In this document: positions 1 through 13,406 of the stretch, one piece after another
How the letters are laid out: every line of letters begins with the position of its first letter
Numbering within the stretch: the stretch's first letter is position 1
Origin: Octopus sinensis
Taxonomy: Eukaryota
Assembly (NCBI RefSeq): GCF_006345805.1
Contig: NC_043012.1
Span: 39,928,001 to 39,992,000 of the forward strand
DNA: 64,000 nt
Direction: 5' to 3'
Notes under the pieces: generated by a model
Database searches by the model: none
What the model saw: the letters and a program-made list of their open reading frames with translations, nothing else
What the model was told of the DNA's origin: nothing
Program-made: the position numbers and the translations under genes

Positions 1-946
1 GTAGACCAATTATTTCAATAAAACCTGACCAATAAACACTATTTAATAGGCGATAAACGGTCGCTTTTGAGATCTGTGACACGCGTTGTTCGCCGAACAA
101 TTCAAAGAAGTCCTTCTGTTTCTTTACTTTGCGACACGGAGACGACCACCACCTCTCATTGGTGTCTCAGATGTTCCCTCTGCTTCGAACTTAACTCTGT
201 TGGTAGTAATGGCGAATCACGTTAATGGATCATTTTGAAAGTCTCTTATAAACCGAGTGTTCTCGCACTTCAGCTATGTTCTCGCACTTCCGGTCACACT
301 TGGACATCAATTTCCTTTCCTAGAAGATTTGTCTTGCTTCTGTCACAACTTGCAATCAGATTCACCTGCGAAAATTTAATGTCTAGCTGCATTAGGATTC
401 AAATTATGTCTGCAATTCTGACGGGGCACTTTATCTATGCTTGTGAGCGCGTGTGTGTGTGTATGGTCATATGTAAATCGGAAGTAAGCCTGGGGAGGTT
501 ACTGATATCAAGAGCCGATATATGTCTGACAATTTTCACACTATTGCTTTTAAACATTTGATCAACCTCTAAACGAATACTCCCAGTATATTATCCGATA
601 CTCAGAGTAATATATTGTGATTGATTCCATACTATAATTATAAAAAATATTTAATTCCTCCTTTGTTTTCTAACGCTTGTTCAATGATTTGTGTGTGTAA
701 ACATACGCATACATACATATATAAACATACATGTGTGTATGTGCGTGCATATATCTATCTATATATGTATGTATTGTATGTATGTATGTATGTATGTATG
801 TATGTATGTATGTATGTATTGGAACATAAAAATTGCGTGATATTTCATTTAGTAAACGTCAAAATTTACAGCCTAATCAAACCTATAACATTGTCAGCAT
901 TGATAAAAAAAATTAATTTCAAAACAACGAAACGAAAATGACGTGT

Positions 947-984
<38 letters not shown>

Positions 985-1312
985 TGTGTGTGCGTGTGCG
1001 CGCGCGTTTGTGTGTGTGTGTGTGTTGTCGATTAGTTATGTTTGTATGTATTCTACTTTACCATTGTTTTGTGTTTTTTTTCTTTTAGTTTTGTCCGTGT
1101 CTATAAATATGTATGAGTGTATGTATGTGATCTATATGTGTAATCACATGTGTGTGTACGTGCGTGAAAATGAATGTATATAATTATGTATGTAAATGCG
1201 TGTTGTAATTATGTCTGTTCAATTATTTGTGTATGAATGTATATATGCATATGTATGTGTGTGTGTGTGTGTGTGTCTAAGCGTATACATATTTTATGTG
1301 TATAATGAAGAG

Positions 1313-1344
<32 letters not shown>

Positions 1345-2326
1345 GTGAAGAGGTTATGAGTGAGGAATGCTTCCAGTCCAGTTTGGCAAATAATCACAGA
1401 ACAGTGGCGACAGACAACCTGATCGAAGAAACCAAAAGGAAAGCAAGCCAACCGTGTATGGCACAGGGTTGGATGGGTGGGATGGTGGCTGGGTGTGGTG
1501 GTGGTGGTGATGGTGATGGTGAGCGATATTGTGTAGTGAGGAAACACATGGTGTGTAGAGGTGGTGGGGGAGGGGCAGCTGAATTATTGAAAGAGAGAGA
1601 GAGAGAGAGCGAGAGAGAGAGTGAGGAAGAAATTTGATAGAAGTTGTGTCTGTCGAAGTTTATAAAAGAGTGTGGGGTGGGAATGAGGGTGAGAGGCGGT
1701 GTTGATATTGATGTTGTTGTTTAGCCCCAGGTCAAATATATCTATGCAGATCATGATCAAATGCAATCCAGCCGTGACTATCCAATCTTTTTCCAAGACG
1801 TTTTTGAAATCTGGACTACACTATACATATATTTATTTTTTTATTACTATTATTATTTTTTTTTGTCATAAACTGCCTGAAACTTGTCAGAATTTTCTAT
1901 CAAACCCAGAATGGAGGAAATATTAATAATCTCAGAATATGTGCAATTGAAACATTTTATATTTTTCAATGATAGAATCTGTTAAAAGATCAGGCTGCGA
2001 TTTGATCGAGATTTGGCTGTTATTTTTAGTTGTTCCAGAATCCACATAGAGACGATTTGATTGACCCGAAAGCGAAAGACGGTATAGGTGAGTGGTAAAT
2101 GGTGGAGGCTGATATGGGAGGCGAGGTGGTAGTGGGTAGGTTAGGAGAATGATTAAAAATTAATTAAAGGTGAAGACGAAGGTGTAACAATCATTAATAT
2201 AAATCAGCGATTCTCAATCGGAGTCCATATGGCCCTGGGGGGGAGGGGGATCCAGGTGAAATTTTGCTGTTCAAATTTATTTGCAATCAATTGTTATGCA
2301 TTTACAATTTGCAAAACATTTTAAGA

Positions 2327-2453
2327 AGGCGCAGGCGTGGCTGTGGAGTAAGAAGCTTGCTTCCCATCTTGGGCAGGTGTCTTCTATTGAAGCTCCGGGC
2401 CGATCAAAGCCCTGTCAGTGGACTTGGTAGGCGGAAACTGTAACAAGCACGTC

Positions 2454-2494
<41 letters not shown>

Positions 2495-2712
2495 TATATA
2501 TATATTACCATCTATATATCTATCTATCTATTATATATATTTATATTCTCAGAATTGACGGACATATGGCGGTATGTAAAACCGAATCAGAAAATCTCTA
2601 GTAAGGCTTTTTTTATTTGATGTATCCGAAGAGACCCAGAATGGGTCGAAACATGTGTCGTACCCAATAAAATATTTTACTCACTCCATCTATTTTATTA
2701 ATACTGCTGTAC

Positions 2713-2748
<36 letters not shown>

Positions 2749-2952
2749 TATGTATGCATGTATGTATGTGTGTCTGTGCTTGTGCCCCCACCATCACTTG
2801 ATAAACGATGCTAGTGTGTTTACGTCCCCGTAACTTAGCGATTCGACAAAAGAGACGGATAGAATAAGTAGTAGGCTTACAAAGAATAAGTCCTGGGGTC
2901 GATTTCTTCGACTAAAGGCGGTACTCCAGCATGGCCGCAGTCAATAAAAGAA
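2327..2952 (+). mobile_element. SINE family A (bipartite tRNA-derived SINE: 5' half, microsatellite spacer, 3' half), interrupted by a nested insertion
   Basis: 5' half AGGCGCAGGCGTGGCTGTGG...GGAAACTG...GTCG at 2327-2454; 3' half ...CCCCGTAACTTAGCG...CCTGGGGTCGAT...CAGCATGGCCGCAGTCAA at 2769-2952. Both halves recur more than 6 times in the window. Confidence 0.9.
2622..2663 (+). ncRNA. Minimal type I hammerhead ribozyme-like motif (U4C variant)
   Basis: GTAT-CCGAAGA-GACCC(agaat)GGGTC-GAAA-CA(tg)TG-TC^-GTAC: stems I, II and III in register, with a GUC triplet. Confidence 0.65.
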
Positions 2953-3560
2953 TTCGTTTTAGACAATTCCCAGTAATATTTAATTATGTGAATATAATAG
3001 ATTTTTTTAAATATCGAATAGCTATGAGGGTCCATCCGAATAAAATAGGGACCAAGAAGGGTCCATAGGTACAAAAATGGTTGAGAAAAGCTGATATAAA
3101 TAATTTGAATATATAATAAATGAAACACTTTTAACTGAAAGGGATTAAAGAATGATATCACAGATTAAGAAAATTGAATTAACGGAAGATTAAGCAAGTT
3201 CGACACTGGCGTACAGAATGTTGAACGCAAAATCTTCATAAGTCAAATTTGCCATTTAGTTGAAGAAAGAAACCTAAGACCTAGTGGTAGTGTAAGTAGA
3301 TGAAGAGAAAAAGGGGAGATAATTTCAAAATGTTTGCAAGTAATGTCTCAAAGTTAGTTTACATATTTAAGGGAAGGAAAGTCTGATCTACACATGCAGG
3401 TAAGAGGGGACAGCTATGATCAGACTAAGTGTCCTTGAATGAATAAAAGAAATCACACATTTTAGCAATCCCAAGTTAAAGGATCCTGTGATGATGATAA
3501 TTTAAAGACCGTCAATGGAAAATGCAATTCTCAAATTAAGCCACTGACATTGTAAATATT

Positions 3561-3596
<36 letters not shown>

Positions 3597-3780
3597 TTAA
3601 GTGACGAAAGGTTTCAAGTATTTGAATGGCTGATCGCCGAATGATATTTTGATTGAAAAGGGACGTCGATTTGTTTATAGTAGCCAATGAGTATGGCTTC
3701 ATACGTGAGGATACATACAGACGTACAGTGGGGAAGGTGTCTAGCTATGTAGCTCTCTATCTATTAATATAGCTAGAGAG

Positions 3781-3796
3781 TTAGATAGATAGATAT

Positions 3797-3894
<98 letters not shown>

Positions 3895-3900
3895 TAGATA

Positions 3901-3962
<62 letters not shown>
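3781..3962 (+). repeat. Compound (GATA)n/(GACA)n microsatellite
   Basis: Direct reading. Confidence 0.95.
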
Positions 3963-4247
3963 TGAAAGATACTTAGAACCCTGTGCCTATCTACAATTTC
4001 TTCCAATACCATCAGCAGCAAGTGTTACTAGCAATATATAAAAATAGCTATAACCCTTTGACTGCATTTATTATAAATTCGTATGTGGTAGGCAATTCGT
4101 TGCTAAACCCTTATTGCTTAGTATTACTTAAATTTCCTCGAATGAGGCTTTTACATGCCGAAGACTACTTGGGTAATTGATAATTATTCCAAATTAATTA
4201 ATTTCACCCTTCATTATTACGGATAACTATATATTTATATATATATG

Positions 4248-4279
<32 letters not shown>

Positions 4280-4320
4280 ATTATATATATATATATATAT
4301 ATTATATTATATATATATAA

Positions 4321-4498
4321 AGATCGTTAGCCACTACACACATTTTTTCTCTTCTTGTTTTTTCTTGTGTCCCTTTCTGTAGAAGAGCGTAGACTCGAAA
4401 CGTAAAATACTTTTTCTATTCCGGGCGTTATACTAATACATCTCTTGTTTTGTCACTACCTGTCTTCGTCTTTTGTTGTTTTTTTCGTAAACTTTCTT

Positions 4499-4500
<2 letters not shown>
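4321..4500 (+). mobile_element. Short non-coding Penelope-associated element with a degenerate minimal hammerhead (4374-4407)
   Basis: TTT-CTGTAGA-A-GAG(cgtaga)CTC-GAAA-CG-TA^-AAA. It sits between (TA)n and (CT)n and shares a GCGT..TAATAC tail motif with the element at 42880-43045. Confidence 0.55.
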
Positions 4501-4582
<82 letters not shown>

Positions 4583-5259
4583 CAGTGTAGACAAGCACAC
4601 ACACACTCACACACACTTGATCTTAACCTCGTTGCCCCCAATCGCGTTCAATCCCTCTCAGTACCATGTTGCATGCAAAGCATGTGCGCATCCGTGCAAA
4701 TAAACATTCCTCAAATTTCTTCAATTAAAAAAGAAAGATTCGATTGCATCACGAGAGTCTTTCGTGCGCACAGTTTTGTTGGTTTTTGTTCTTGTTTTTC
4801 TTGTTTTGTTTTTTGCTTGTTTGTTTTTTTTCTTACATGATTTCAAACTATGTGCGCGCGCACAAACGCACACGTGATAGGGTCACTGGTTGAGATGCAA
4901 CTAAAGCAATTCCACAACGACTGAACATCAAACCTACAGACCGGAACATTGGCTGACGATCAAAGAGGAGAAACTCACTAAGCAACCAGGGCAGACTCTC
5001 TACTCGCCACACAAAGAGGACGCTGTTCATTGTGGCAACAGCATCGAGACTGCGCATGTCAGAACGTCGCCTTCCCCAAGCACGGGACATTTCCCGTTCC
5101 ACTGTCTTCACTTATGATTGTATTTTATTTATCTGTTTTTAATCGTTTTATTTATTTATTTATTTTTAATCGTATGCATTTCGCAAGAATCCCTCTTTCT
5201 CACGTTTCAAAACATCGATGTTGCGACTTTGAATATATGTTATATATAGTAATATATCT

Positions 5260-5461
5260 ATTATATATATATATATATTATAATATATAATATATATTAT
5301 ATATATTATATACACATATATATATATAATATATATATACACATAATATATGATATAATATTATATATATATATATATAATATATACATATATATGTATA
5401 TATATATACATATACATATATATAATATACATATACAAATATATATATATTAATATGTATG

Positions 5462-5531
<70 letters not shown>

Positions 5532-6080
5532 TATGTATATATATATACATAACCATATATTATATAATTAACATATACATATATATATATATATATATAT
5601 ATGTATTGTATGTATATATATATATTATAATACACACACACATATTATATATGAAACGTGCAAGCGTCCAAGAGAAATGTATATCAATGCATAACATGTT
5701 TGGGGGGAGAGCGAGAGTGTGTGTGTGTGGGGGGGTGTATTATGCATGTTATATATATATATGTGTGTGTGTGTGTGCGTGTGTGTGTGTGCGTATAATG
5801 TATGTTTATATGTGCATGCTTCAATATATGTGCGTATAAAGTGTGTAAATTGTGTACGCATGTATATGTGTGTGTACGTATATGCATGTACATATAATAT
5901 GTGTATATGTGTATATATGTGAAGATATAGATATCATCTGTGTATATGTGTGTATATTACGTATGCATGTATATGTATGCATATATATATATGTGTGTGT
6001 GTACATTTTTGTAATCTATATATGTGTGTGTTTGTGTAAACATACATATGCACGTGCATGTATAAATAATGCATAAAGTA
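5260..6080. repeat. Degenerate (TA)/(TG) microsatellite field
   Basis: Direct reading; it accounts for the Y/I/C/V-rich ORFs here. Confidence 0.95.
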
Positions 6081-6349
6081 AAAGATGCATGTATAATAAT
6101 ATACAATATTTCATTTATTCTCCCAAGCCGCACAGATTTCTGTGAGTTTCTTCTATTAAAATGCGCCGTGCATAGGAGAAGGGATTAACAGGTGATACAG
6201 GAGACCCTAATCATATTCAGTTTAGCTAGCAGATATATAGGTGTGTGTGCGTGCATATGTGTGTGTGACTGTATATATGTATATGTGTATATGTATGGCT
6301 GTATATATGTAGGTGTGTATGCGTGTGTATGTATGTGTGTATGTATGTA

Positions 6350-6406
<57 letters not shown>

Positions 6407-6797
6407 TACATATACATACATGTGTGTGTATATGTATGTCTGTGTATATATGTAGGTATTTATTTATCTATGTATGTATGTATATTTAAGTATATTATAT
6501 ATATATATGTTATATGTGAGTAAGAACAGAAATGGGCTGAGGTTTGCTGCAGCTGTTCAAGACGCATTTTCTATTGATGAACAAATGGATTACATGATGA
6601 GAAAAACCGTTTTCTTCAGGTGATTGAAAATTTAAATACAAAAGATAACATTTAAGATTTGGCTCATAACGAATATATTTTGGTTTTTTTTTACTACCAT
6701 ATATATAATATATTTATATATATATATCTAATATATATATATATATATATATATATCATATTATTATATATATATATATATATACATACATATATAT

Positions 6798-6968
6798 GCT
6801 TACCGACCACATGGTTTAGGATTCAATCCCACTGCGTGACACCTTGGGTAAATGTCTTCTACTATAGCCTCGGGCCGATCAAAGCCTTGTGCGTGGATTT
6901 GGTAGACGGAAACTGAAGCCCGTCGTATATATGTATATATATATATATATATGTTTGTTTGTGTGTGT

Positions 6969-7018
<50 letters not shown>

Positions 7019-7240
7019 TGTGTGTGTGTTGTTTGTGTGTCTGTGTTTGTTCCCTACCATTGCTTCACAACCGATGCTGGTGCGTTTACGTCCCCGTAAC
7101 TTGGTGAGTCGGCAAAAGAGACCCATACAATAAGCACTAGGCTTACAAAGAAATAAGTCCTGGGGTGGATTTGTCCGACTAAAGGCGGTGCTTCAGCATG
7201 GCCACAGTCAAATGACTGAAACAAGTAAAAGAATAAAAGA
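6798..7240 (+). mobile_element. SINE family A, 5'-truncated
   Basis: Both halves present around a (TA)/(TG) spacer; matches the 2327 and 24882 copies. Confidence 0.9.
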
Positions 7241-7380
7241 CAAGCATGTGTGGAAGACATTTAACCAAGACAGGCCTATGGCATTTAAGATTTCTTTAGT
7301 TTAGTTTGGTTACCTTGACTTAAACTCCTCGTTTTCTGTGTGTATACACACACACACATATATTTCATATCATAACTGTC

Positions 7381-7463
7381 ATCTCTGAAGAGCGTTCTGT
7401 TACATAATTGGACTGTTACCTAACACTCCGTCAAGCCCGTGGTACGAAATCGATCGGTAAGAT
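7381..7463 (+). ncRNA. Hammerhead-like motif with long stem II insertion
   Basis: ATCT-CTGAAGA-GCGT...(about 45 nt)...GTAC-GAAA-TCG(at)CGG-TA^-AGAT. Stem I is perfect, stem III is near-palindromic, and the base of stem II is weak. Confidence 0.5.
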
Positions 7464-8541
7464 CGGCCGTAATGGATATATAATACTATGCACATTGATT
7501 AACATGTCCACTCCACTGACGAACATACGAGTGCATTTATTTTCTAATTTATGGATTCTATAGATAGATAGACAGACAGACAGACGAATGGATATGATGT
7601 AAAAATCGCACACACAGATATATGCACAAATGAAGAAGCTCGTAGAGGAGATAGTTTGTACTTTCCTTCTGCAATTTTGAATTTCCCGAATCTCTCCGGT
7701 GCTCTTTCTTGCATTTACCATTTATCATCATTTACCATTTACCATTTATCAGCAGTCAGTCACATTTGCCAGTGCCACTGGCTCCAACAAGAAAGCGGTC
7801 GTAGAGAAAGAACCATTCTTGATTTTAATTTGTCGTCATCGGTTATTCTCTTAGAAATAAATTTCGACTCCTCAACACTCACTAACTCAGTACAGTTAAT
7901 ATATAAAACACACACACACACACACATGCTATGTGAAGATCGTGGTCTAGTGGTTAAGGTGTTCGGTGCACAAGCATTAGATCGCAAGTTCCATTCCAGG
8001 ACCTAGCTGCTACGGCTTGCACGATGCGACCTTGATAAAAGCTTATCATTTTACATTAAGTCCACTCAACCCGACTGTAAATGAGTCTCACTTACTGATA
8101 GTTCACTTCTCTCTCTTCCCACTCTCTCCTCTCCCTCCTTTTCCTCTCCCTCCGCCTCTCTCACTCTCTCTTTCGCTGGCGATCTAAACGCCTAAAGCAA
8201 ATAGCAAAAGCATGGTACACCTTACCAGGCCATACTCCCTTGCGAGTGACGGCGATGCTAATCTGTATTTAATGTGTATATATTATACACACATGCACAT
8301 GCACTTTCTTATGCTTCTCCATTGATCCACCTGATGACCATCCATCCTCACAAATGTGAACTCATTTATGTAATACTTCAGTTACACAATCCTGATTTCA
8401 AAGTTTGTCCAGATTTCAATGTTGGTCAACACAGTTTCCTCTCGGTTGATTCTGACGAAATTATTTCTGTTATTATGGTTATTGTATTCTGCTATTATTG
8501 GGGGGGGGGGGTTGCTTTCGTTTTTTTTTTTGTACATGTTA

Positions 8542-8756
8542 TTCTTTTATTCGATTCAGTCATTTGACTGCGACCATGCTGGAACACCGCCTTTACTCGA
8601 GAAAATCGACCCCCAGAACTTATTCTTTGTAAGCCTAGGACTTATTCTATCGGTCTCTTTTGCCGAACCGCTAAGTTACGGGGACGTAAACACACCAGCA
8701 TCGGTTATCAAGCGATGTTGGGGGGTGGGGAACACAGACACACATACACACATGCA

Positions 8757-8791
<35 letters not shown>

Positions 8792-9004
8792 CAGGCTTTT
8801 TCAGTTTTCGTCTACCAAATCCACTCACAAGTTTTTGGTCGGCCCGAGGCTATAGAAGAAGACACTTGCTCTAGATGCCACGCAGTGTGACTGAACCCAG
8901 ATCCATGTAAGCAAGCTACTTGCCACACAGTCATTCCTGTAAGCAAGCTACTTACCACACAGTCATTCCTGTAAGCAGGCTACTTACCACACAGCCACTC
9001 CTGT
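8542..9004 (-). mobile_element. SINE family A, reverse orientation, with a triplicated 31-bp head segment
   Basis: Reverse complement of both halves; TGTAAGCAAGCTACTTACCACACAGTCATTC-like unit x3 at about 8906-9003. Confidence 0.9.
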
Positions 9005-9332
9005 AGACTTTTATTTCTGAGGCATGACTCCGTAAACTCTACAACTTTCAAAGAGCGGTGTTTTGACACGTACACTCAGCTCTTCTTTAAAATTTCGGCA
9101 GCTGGTGAGCAAATTTAGGAGTAAGGATCCAGTCAATTACATCGAATCCAGTCCTGAAAAATGGGAAAAGAGAAAATCGACTTCGGCAGAGTTGGAACAC
9201 AGAATGTAATGAATGAGTTGGAAGAAACAGAAATGTCGCTAAGCATTTTGTCCGATGCGCTAACGGTTAAACCAGCTCACTGCTTTAATGATGGTTATAG
9301 TGATGATGATGATGATGACGACGACGACGACG

Positions 9333-9383
<51 letters not shown>

Positions 9384-9476
9384 GAAAATACTATGAATAA
9401 AACATTAAAAGTGATTTGAATGGAAGTTGATGGTTAATTTTATGTGATTTCCAGACATTTCTTTCTTCTTTCACTT

Positions 9477-9509
<33 letters not shown>

Positions 9510-10748
9510 CTTCTTCTTCTTCTTCTTCTTCTTCTTCTTCATTATTATTATCATTATTATAAAATAGTCAAGAATCCCATCTTTATATTTTTATAATGAA
9601 AACACCAAAACAATATTAGACATAAAATGTGTACATCTGAATCAAGTATTTCCACTCACCGAAGCGTACCAATTATTAGGACACTTGAATTTTGGATGAT
9701 ATGGGTGGTGGGAAGAGTTGGTAGATTGCGGGAACCATGTGTTACTGGGGAGAAGGAAAATGAAGAAAGAAATAAAGACATTTCAAGTTTTCTTTAGTCT
9801 GGCCTCGTTTTGGTCTTATAAAAAATGGCGTGTGGTTAGGTACTGCTTGGGCTGTCTGGTCCAGTCTGCACTGGCTTAGCCTGGTTCAAACTGGTTGAAA
9901 GTAAGTAATGTCACATTGGTTCACATAAAAAAGTCAAAATTATATAAAAATAAACAGTAAACATACAAAAATAAAAATGCGAAGTTGGTAAAGTGATGTG
10001 ATTGGCGGAAGTTGAGAATCATTCTACAGTGAAAGGAAGTTTTCTTTTTTTGTCCTTTTTATATACTTCATATAGATTTATTTTTTTATATACATATATA
10101 AATTTTTGCATTCCTTTTTTTCTTTTTGTGAGATGTGCGTTCCGAACAAAGACTTTAATATCTGAGACAGACAGAATCTATAGATTGGTTGTGTGTATAG
10201 AGAGAAAGAGGGGGGGGAGATGAAGGTGATAGGTACATAAAAAAAAAGGCTGGAGATGGACACGAATAGACGCACACATGCGCACTCACATGTATATGTA
10301 TTGGGGCGTGATTGTGTGGGCGGATGGATGCGTTTTTTGTGTGTGTTTGTGACGATGTATTTCTGTGTATATAGATATGCATGTGGGTTTCTGGAGTGTA
10401 TGGACATGTAAGGTGGTTGTACATGTATTATGTGTGTATGTGGTTGAATGTGTAAAAGAAAAAATCAAAAGATAACTGAGAAAAAATATAAAGAAAAAAA
10501 CTTTATATTTATTGAAAATAAATGTCTGTAACGATTATGTTATGTGATAAGTTAATTTTGGAACATTTAGTAGAATTCCTAAATCTAAACTGTCTTATAT
10601 TTATGTCCCTGGAGAGAAGGTGCTGGGGGGGGGGGGATGACAGAATCGATAGAAAATCAAGGTTGGGTGGAATATTTTGATACGTTTAGGAACATCTATT
10701 CAGTGAGTTCGCATCCTAGTGTTTAGTTTTATGTAGCATCCATTGTGT

Positions 10749-11058
10749 AGGTGCATATCAGAGTGGTTCGAGTATTCGGATCCCGATCGTAAGATCACGT
10801 TTGCTGTGACCTTCAGCAAGACACTTTATTTCTCGTTGCTTCAGTCCACTCAGCTGGTAAGAAAGAGCAGTACCTGTAATTCCAAAAGGGACCTGCCTTG
10901 TCACAGTCTGTGTGTCACCCTGGATTTTCTTGAGAACTATCAATGATATGCGTGTCTTTGGAATACTCGGACACTTGCACGTGAATTCCACGAGTTGACC
11001 GTTCCGTTGATAGGATTCACTGGAACCCTCGTCGTCGTCGTCGTAAACGACCGAGGAG
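10749..11058 (+). mobile_element. SINE family B (tRNA-like head, AGTCCACTCAGCTG central block, GTCGTCGTAACCGACGGAG-like tail)
   Basis: Colinear with the copies at 13044, 36475, 46020 and 55551. Confidence 0.85.
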
Positions 11059-12747
11059 CAGTTTTATGACATCCATTTGACAAGATGATTTCAAAGGACT
11101 CATTTCAATGTATTTTTATCTGACGTCAACAAATTGACCCACAAAGCTCTGGCTTTGTAGCAATGTTCGTGTTTGTGTTTGCAGAAACAATGGCAAAGTA
11201 AAATCAATAAAGTAATAGTGAATAAATTACTTCCGGTGTTAAGTTACCTCCCTTTTCATTTGCCTCTTCTAACTCCGGGATTCGACTTCATTTTACCATC
11301 CTTCGTAAGTTCAATCACAAGTACAACTTATCTATTGGCATCGATATAATCAATTGCTCCGTTTGATTCTTCCCTGGGTGGGTGACGGAATATTCTCCTA
11401 GGATTTTCCTCCCTTTATTTGTTTCATTCATCGAATAAGTTAACTGCTTGACGTCACATTTCCTGACTTGATGCACCGATCTGTGCTAACACATACACAC
11501 ACACATACATACATACATACATACATACATACATACATACACACATACACACATACATACATACATACATACATACATACATACATACATACATACATAG
11601 ATGGTGGTTGCCCCCTCGTTATCGAGTATGACCATTGCACGAAGCTTAATCAATGTTGTTATCGTGCAATGCCTGGGAAAGAAGATATGTTTTAAAGTGA
11701 GGAAAGGCTGTGCACTGAGTCAATCCCACTCACCAAGCAACAACAGCCATAATCCGAAAAGAAGAACAAGTCAACATCATCGGTAACCACTGAGCCGCAG
11801 GTTTTATGTCGGAGTTATCCCAGTTACCTGAGTTACCTTCTCCTAGAAGGATGACCTAACAAAGTCTAGGAGTCCTTCACTCCCAATGGTTTAACCGCGC
11901 GATCGGGTATTCATTCCGATTATTTCTATGTCCCTGCGCATGATACAGCCTTAAGCTGAATAAGATTGATATAAGGAGAAAAAATAAATAAATACATAAA
12001 TAAAAACTACGATTATATATAAATAGAAAAAACATTGATATACAAAATATGCATAAAATATATGATGTGAAGTATATAAAAATTTATATAATGAGCAAGC
12101 TATAAAAATATACATCATATGAATATTAGTGAGAAAAAGGCAGATATACATTAAATATATAATTACACATTTATTGGATGGCCGTTGACTCTCAAGAGTT
12201 CCTCCGCCCTTTGACGGGTTTTGTTTTTCATCCCGCAGGGTGTCCAATAAACACCCTCCTCAACAACCAAGCTTGGTGGGGTTGCCGGTTTAGTCGCCGA
12301 CGACCCGACCATGCGACAGGTTGTACTGGGTTACATGTTACCAGTAGCACTCGAAAGTGACCTGACATAACATACATACATACATACATACATACATACA
12401 TACATACATACATACATACATACATACATACATACATACATACATACATACATACATACATACATACATACTGTTATGACGTGAGTTATGCGCAAGAGTG
12501 TAAGAATAGTATTATCCAAATAGATATTTGGATATGGTTATCTAGAATAACCTTTCGCAGAATTAATACTCACACACGGAACGCACTCCGTACTGCTCCA
12601 AACTAACACAGTAACCAATACAGACGATCAACGATGTCAACTGACCGCTGTCAACTACTCAGAGTTCGTACAGTTTCTTTATCTTATTGAAATGCGTTAG
12701 TCACTTTCACTCACGTAGGGGTGCTCAGGATCCTTCCACACACACAC

Positions 12748-12826
<79 letters not shown>

Positions 12827-13043
12827 CGTGCGTATAAATATAAAACGCTGATAACGTCTATGTATAAGTGAGAGTTAGATCAAGGATGTCCCTTTATTCA
12901 ACACTATTTTCTACGAGAATCTTTTCTACATGTCCCTACAGACAAGAAAATAAATTTCTCGTCTGTAAAATCAGAAACACTTTCGACGCTTCCAAATTTA
13001 TTTCCAAAAGGTTGTGCCATATATATATATATATATATTATAT

Positions 13044-13357
13044 AGGCGCATGGACTGCTGGTTAGGATGTTCGCTTTGAGATCGTAAGGTCCTGAGTTCA
13101 ATTCCCGGCGACGCGTTATGTGCTTGAGCAAGACACTTTATTTCACGTTGTTCCAGTCCGCCTAACTCGCAAAAATGAGTAGTACCTGTATTTCAAAGGC
13201 CAGCCTTGTCACATCCGGTGTCACGCTGAGTTTCCCTGAAACCTACAATATGGGTACGCGTGTCTATGACGTACCTCAGCCACTTGCACACTAATTTCAA
13301 GAGCTGACTGTTCCGTTGGTCTCAATTGGAACGCTCGTCGTCGCAAGCGACGGAGTG
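13044..13357 (+). mobile_element. SINE family B (duplicated at 13839-14148)
   Basis: AGGCGCATGG head and B-box-like GAGTTCAATTCC. Confidence 0.9.
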
Positions 13358-13364
13358 TCTATCC

Positions 13365-13395
<31 letters not shown>

Positions 13396-13406
13396 CCTAA
13401 CATACA

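Noticed and set aside
1-561. Unique sequence and 108-aa ORF at the window start
   Set aside because: No recognisable product; candidate minus-strand exon frames contain stops.
9798-9900. Exon-like segment with TTTAG acceptor and GTAAGT donor
   Set aside because: Stop codons in all three frames; it could only be a non-coding exon and there is no supporting evidence.
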